DNA of 8,612 nucleotides from a virus (Duplodnaviria; Heunggongvirae; Uroviricota; Caudoviricetes): IMG/VR virus record IMGVR_UViG_3300014522_000024; one strand, 5' to 3'. Shown piece by piece: positions 6,469 to 8,612 of this stretch (position 1 is its first letter; each line of letters starts with the position of its first letter). The notes under the pieces were generated by a model. It saw only the letters and a program-made list of their open reading frames with translations, ran no database searches and was not told where the DNA came from. The position numbers and the translations under genes were made by a program.

Positions 6469-7704
6469 ATGTCTAAATTACCAACAGGTGTCGAGATTCG
6501 AGGTAAATACATTCGCATCTGGTTCATGTTTCGAGGCAAACGATGTCGGGAAACATTGAAAGGCTGGGAGATTACTAACAGTAACATTAAAAAGGCCGGG
6601 AATTTAAGAGCGTTGATAGTTCATGAAATCAGTTCCGGTGAATTTGAGTATTTAAGACGTTTTCCCCAGTCCAGCACTGGGGCAAAAATGGTGACAACGA
6701 GAGTCATAAAAACGTTCGGGGAGCTTTGTGATATCTGGACAAAAATTAAAGAGACAGAGTTAACAACAAACACAATGAAGAAAACGAAATCACAATTAAA
6801 AACACTCAGGATAATAATTTGTGAGAGTACCCCGATATCGCATATTCGTTATAGCGATATCTTAAACTACCGGAATGAACTGCTGCATGGAGAAACGCTT
6901 TACCTGGATAATCCAAGATCCAACAAAAAAGGAAGAACCGTGCGCACAGTTGATAACTATATCGCCCTGCTCTGTTCGTTGTTACGTTTTGCGTATCAGT
7001 CGGGATTTATATCAACCAAACCATTTGAAGGAGTAAAAAAATTACAGCGAAACAGAATAAAGCCTGACCCGTTATCTAAAACAGAATTCAATGCATTAAT
7101 GGAAAGTGAAAAAGGACAGAGCCAAAACTTGTGGAAATTTGCCGTTTACTCCGGGCTTCGTCACGGGGAACTGGCAGCTCTGGCGTGGGAGGATGTGGAT
7201 TTCGAGAAGGGAATTGTGAATGTCAGAAGAAACCTGACGATACTTGATATGTTCGGTCCCCCAAAAACAAATGCGGGGATCCGGACGGTAACACTACTAC
7301 AGCCAGCTCTTGAAGCACTGAAGGAGCAATACAAACTGACCGGGCATCATCGCAAAAGCGAAATCACTTTTTATCATCGGGAGTACGGCAGAACCGAAAA
7401 GCAAAAACTGCATTTTGTTTTCATGCCCAGGATGTGTAACGGAAAACAGAAACCTTATTACTCGGTAAGCAGTTTGGGTGCGAGATGGAATGCAGCAGTA
7501 AAACGTGCTGGTATTCGCCGCCGTAATCCGTACCATACGCGACATACTTTTGCCTGCTGGCTGTTGACGGCAGGAGCGAACCCGGCATTTATAGCCAGCC
7601 AGATGGGGCATGAAACTGCGCAGATGGTGTATGAAATTTACGGTATGTGGATTGATGACATGAACGACGAACAGGTAGCCATGTTGAATGCGCGGTTATC
7701 GTAG
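6469..7704 (+). CDS. intR: Rac prophage integrase IntR, tyrosine recombinase, 411 aa
   Basis: ATG 6469 lies 1 nt after the xisR stop. The C-terminal region shows the tyrosine-recombinase signature (LRHGELAAL ... HTRHTFACWLL ... GHETAQMVYEIY, i.e. R, H-x-x-R and catalytic Y). Length matches recollected IntR. Confidence 0.93.
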   Translation: MSKLPTGVEIRGKYIRIWFMFRGKRCRETLKGWEITNSNIKKAGNLRALIVHEISSGEFEYLRRFPQSSTGAKMVTTRVIKTFGELCDIWTKIKETELTTNTMKKTKSQLKTLRIIICESTPISHIRYSDILNYRNELLHGETLYLDNPRSNKKGRTVRTVDNYIALLCSLLRFAYQSGFISTKPFEGVKKLQRNRIKPDPLSKTEFNALMESEKGQSQNLWKFAVYSGLRHGELAALAWEDVDFEKGIVNVRRNLTILDMFGPPKTNAGIRTVTLLQPALEALKEQYKLTGHHRKSEITFYHREYGRTEKQKLHFVFMPRMCNGKQKPYYSVSSLGARWNAAVKRAGIRRRNPYHTRHTFACWLLTAGANPAFIASQMGHETAQMVYEIYGMWIDDMNDEQVAMLNARLS

Positions 7705-7755
7705 TTGCAAAGTTTGCCCTCAATATGCCCCATTTAGTACCAGAGAACTGAAATA

Positions 7756-7809
7756 ATGCAAGAAAATCAACAAATTACAAAGAAAGAACAATACAACCTG
7801 AACAAGTAA
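7756..7809 (+). other. Phage-borne surrogate 5' end of ttcA (17 codons then TAA), presumed to contain the integration core
   Basis: Translation MQENQQITKKEQYNLNK equals the N-terminus I recall for K-12 TtcA, which there continues LQKRL... Here TAA follows codon 17 and the downstream sequence is unrelated to a tRNA-thiolation enzyme. Confidence 0.55.
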
Positions 7810-7910
7810 GGGCAAAAATCACAACTATCTGACCCATAAGTATTTTATTTATTTTTCAATATGTTAAACATTATCGGCAACTACAATAAGCCACGATAAC
7901 CCACTCTTTT

Positions 7911-7960
7911 TTTTGCCCCATTTTTGCCCCTTTTGCAGTGTTTTGCCCCATTTTTGCCAC
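7911..7960 (+). repeat. Phased direct-repeat array: five ~10-bp units (TTTTGCCCCA / TTTTTGCCCC / TTTTGCAGTG / TTTTGCCCCA / TTTTTGCCAC)
   Basis: A 20-bp unit TTTTGCCCCATTTTTGCCCC (7911-7930) is repeated at 7941-7960 with 19/20 identity. Sub-units recur at 10-bp, helical-phase spacing. Confidence 0.7.
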
Positions 7961-8230
7961 CGAAAATGCGAGAATTTCTCAATCTGTAGCCTGCAAATTG
8001 CGCCCATGAGTTCTTTCCAAGAGAATCTGTTTCGGCTGGAAATCATTCAATACTCACGCTATCGAAAGTTATCCAGCCTGTTGTGGAACGTCCTTGCATG
8101 TGACGTATCGCGGGTCTCTTTACGATTTTTATCTGTATTGGTGAATTATAAGCAATCTGAATCTATGCATGACGTGTGGTGCCTGTTTTGCTTTTTTCCA
8201 TCTATTTTTGCTGGGTCGAAGCCCATATCT

Positions 8231-8262
8231 GTGAGTCTGGCGATACGCCCCCGCCAGACTCA
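8231..8262. repeat. Perfect 12-bp GC-rich inverted repeat GTGAGTCTGGCG-atacgccc-CGCCAGACTCAC
   Basis: Arms at 8231-8242 and 8251-8262 are exact reverse complements. No adjacent U-tract on either strand, so not a canonical intrinsic terminator. Confidence 0.6.
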
Positions 8263-8329
8263 CCGCCCCCTTTTCACCGATGCATGAGCGGCCACAACCA
8301 GAAAAAACTGAACAAGAGTACTGTAGCAA

Positions 8330-8594
8330 TACCTACAACAATGATATTTTTGTTAATATGCGTCTAAATGAATAACAATATATAGATAAAAATACCAGTA
8401 AGAAGAAAAACCCCAAAACTTTAAACCGCAAAACAAAACCTTATCAGGTAATTTAACCACAGGGCATTAATGCAACAAAATAATAATTCAAACCTAAACA
8501 AACCATAAACAGTTAAACAATATACAATTGACTCATCAAGTTAGATATAAAAAATACATACTCAATCATTAAAACGATTGAATGGAGACCTTTT
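8330..8594 (+). promoter_or_regulatory. A-rich leader and promoter region of the ompT-like gene
   Basis: About 265 bp of strongly A/T-rich, non-coding sequence (e.g. AAACCGCAAAACAAAACC, CAAACCTAAACAAACCATAAACAG). TTGACT at 8539-8544 is a possible -35. GGAGA Shine-Dalgarno at 8584-8588. Exact promoter elements were not resolved. Confidence 0.3.
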
Positions 8595-8612
8595 ATGCGG
8601 GCGAAACTTCTG
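8595..8612 (+). CDS. ompT: 5' end (6 codons, MRAKLL) of an outer-membrane protease OmpT-like gene; truncated by the window edge
   Basis: ATG 8595 with GGAGA Shine-Dalgarno 6 nt upstream. MRAKLL equals the start of the OmpT signal peptide as I recall it (MRAKLLGIVLTTPIA...). Only 18 nt are visible, so assignment rests on the N-terminal match plus context. Confidence 0.55.

Larger units (their letters stand above)
1..7970. mobile_element. Rac-type lambdoid prophage segment: early-left operon, recombination module (recE/recT) and integration module (xisR/intR) through the integrase-proximal att region
   Basis: Gene content and order ydaG-ydaF-sieB-kilR-ydaE-racC-recE-recT-ralR-ydaC-xisR-intR recognised from translated ORFs. 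Lambda-like layout (exo/bet analogues upstream of xis-int, int transcribed toward att). Short overlaps between consecutive genes. Confidence 0.85.
7705..7970. other. attP-like attachment region: core inside a 17-codon ttcA-like 5' ORF, flanked on both sides by TTTTGCCCC-family arm-type repeats
   Basis: The 51-bp spacing from the intR stop to the ttcA-like ATG (7756) matches my recollection of K-12. The ORF MQENQQITKKEQYNLNK stops at 7807-7809 instead of continuing into ttcA. Repeat copies sit on the int side (7713-7719, 7726-7735), inverted next to the stop (7810-7819), and as an array on the far side (7911-7960). Confidence 0.5.

Noticed and set aside
7297-7611. 104-aa minus-strand ORF inside intR
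   Set aside because: Antisense shadow of intR.
7907-7960. Possible CRISPR array
   Set aside because: Units are only ~10 bp, contiguous and without spacers. This is a phased binding-site or curvature array, not CRISPR.
8215-8265. tRNA or tRNA fragment (for example a pauD-like tRNA-Arg remnant marking a DLP12-type att site)
   Set aside because: Only a vague T-arm-like GGGTCGAAGCCC. No acceptor stem or CCA end, and no match to the tRNA-Arg 3' end as I recall it.
7864-8367. ORFs in the att-to-ompT spacer (7864..8046 -, 7913..8287 +, 8129..8329 -, 8176..8367 +)
   Set aside because: No Shine-Dalgarno sequences, rare-codon rich, and translations dominated by repeat-derived low-complexity runs (e.g. 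KWGK repeats from the GGCAAAA units). The region is more plausibly non-coding att arm and leader.
7807-8594. Insertion sequence or transposon between the att core and ompT
   Set aside because: No transposase ORF, no terminal inverted repeats and no flanking target-site duplication recognised.

Overview
This window reads as the early-left (recombination/integration) arm of a Rac-type lambdoid prophage of Escherichia coli, running on the + strand as one long operon: ydaG, a ydaF-like small ORF, sieB (antisense, - strand), kilR, ydaE, racC, recE, recT, ralR, ydaC/rcbA, xisR, intR. The gene identities come from my recollection of the K-12 Rac protein sequences (RecE 866 aa, RecT 269 aa, IntR 411 aa, KilR, SieB, RalR, XisR, RacC), not from any search. 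The most interesting part is the right end. K-12 has the ttcA start codon 51 bp after intR, and the same spacing is seen here, but the ttcA-like reading frame stops after only 17 codons. It is followed by a non-coding stretch carrying a phased array of TTTTGCCCC(A) repeats, a GC-rich perfect inverted repeat, an A-rich leader, and then the first 6 codons of what looks like ompT (MRAKLL). Both attachment-site arms therefore appear to flank the core, which is an attP-like (unintegrated, tandem or otherwise rearranged) configuration rather than the K-12 intR-ttcA junction, with ompT as linked cargo. Other observations include an in-frame TAA in the ydaF-like ORF, candidate operators upstream of ydaG and xisR, a terminator-like hairpin ahead of kilR, and an uncharacterised Cys4 motif in the RecE N-terminal region. 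No CRISPR array, tRNA/rRNA gene or transposase was seen.
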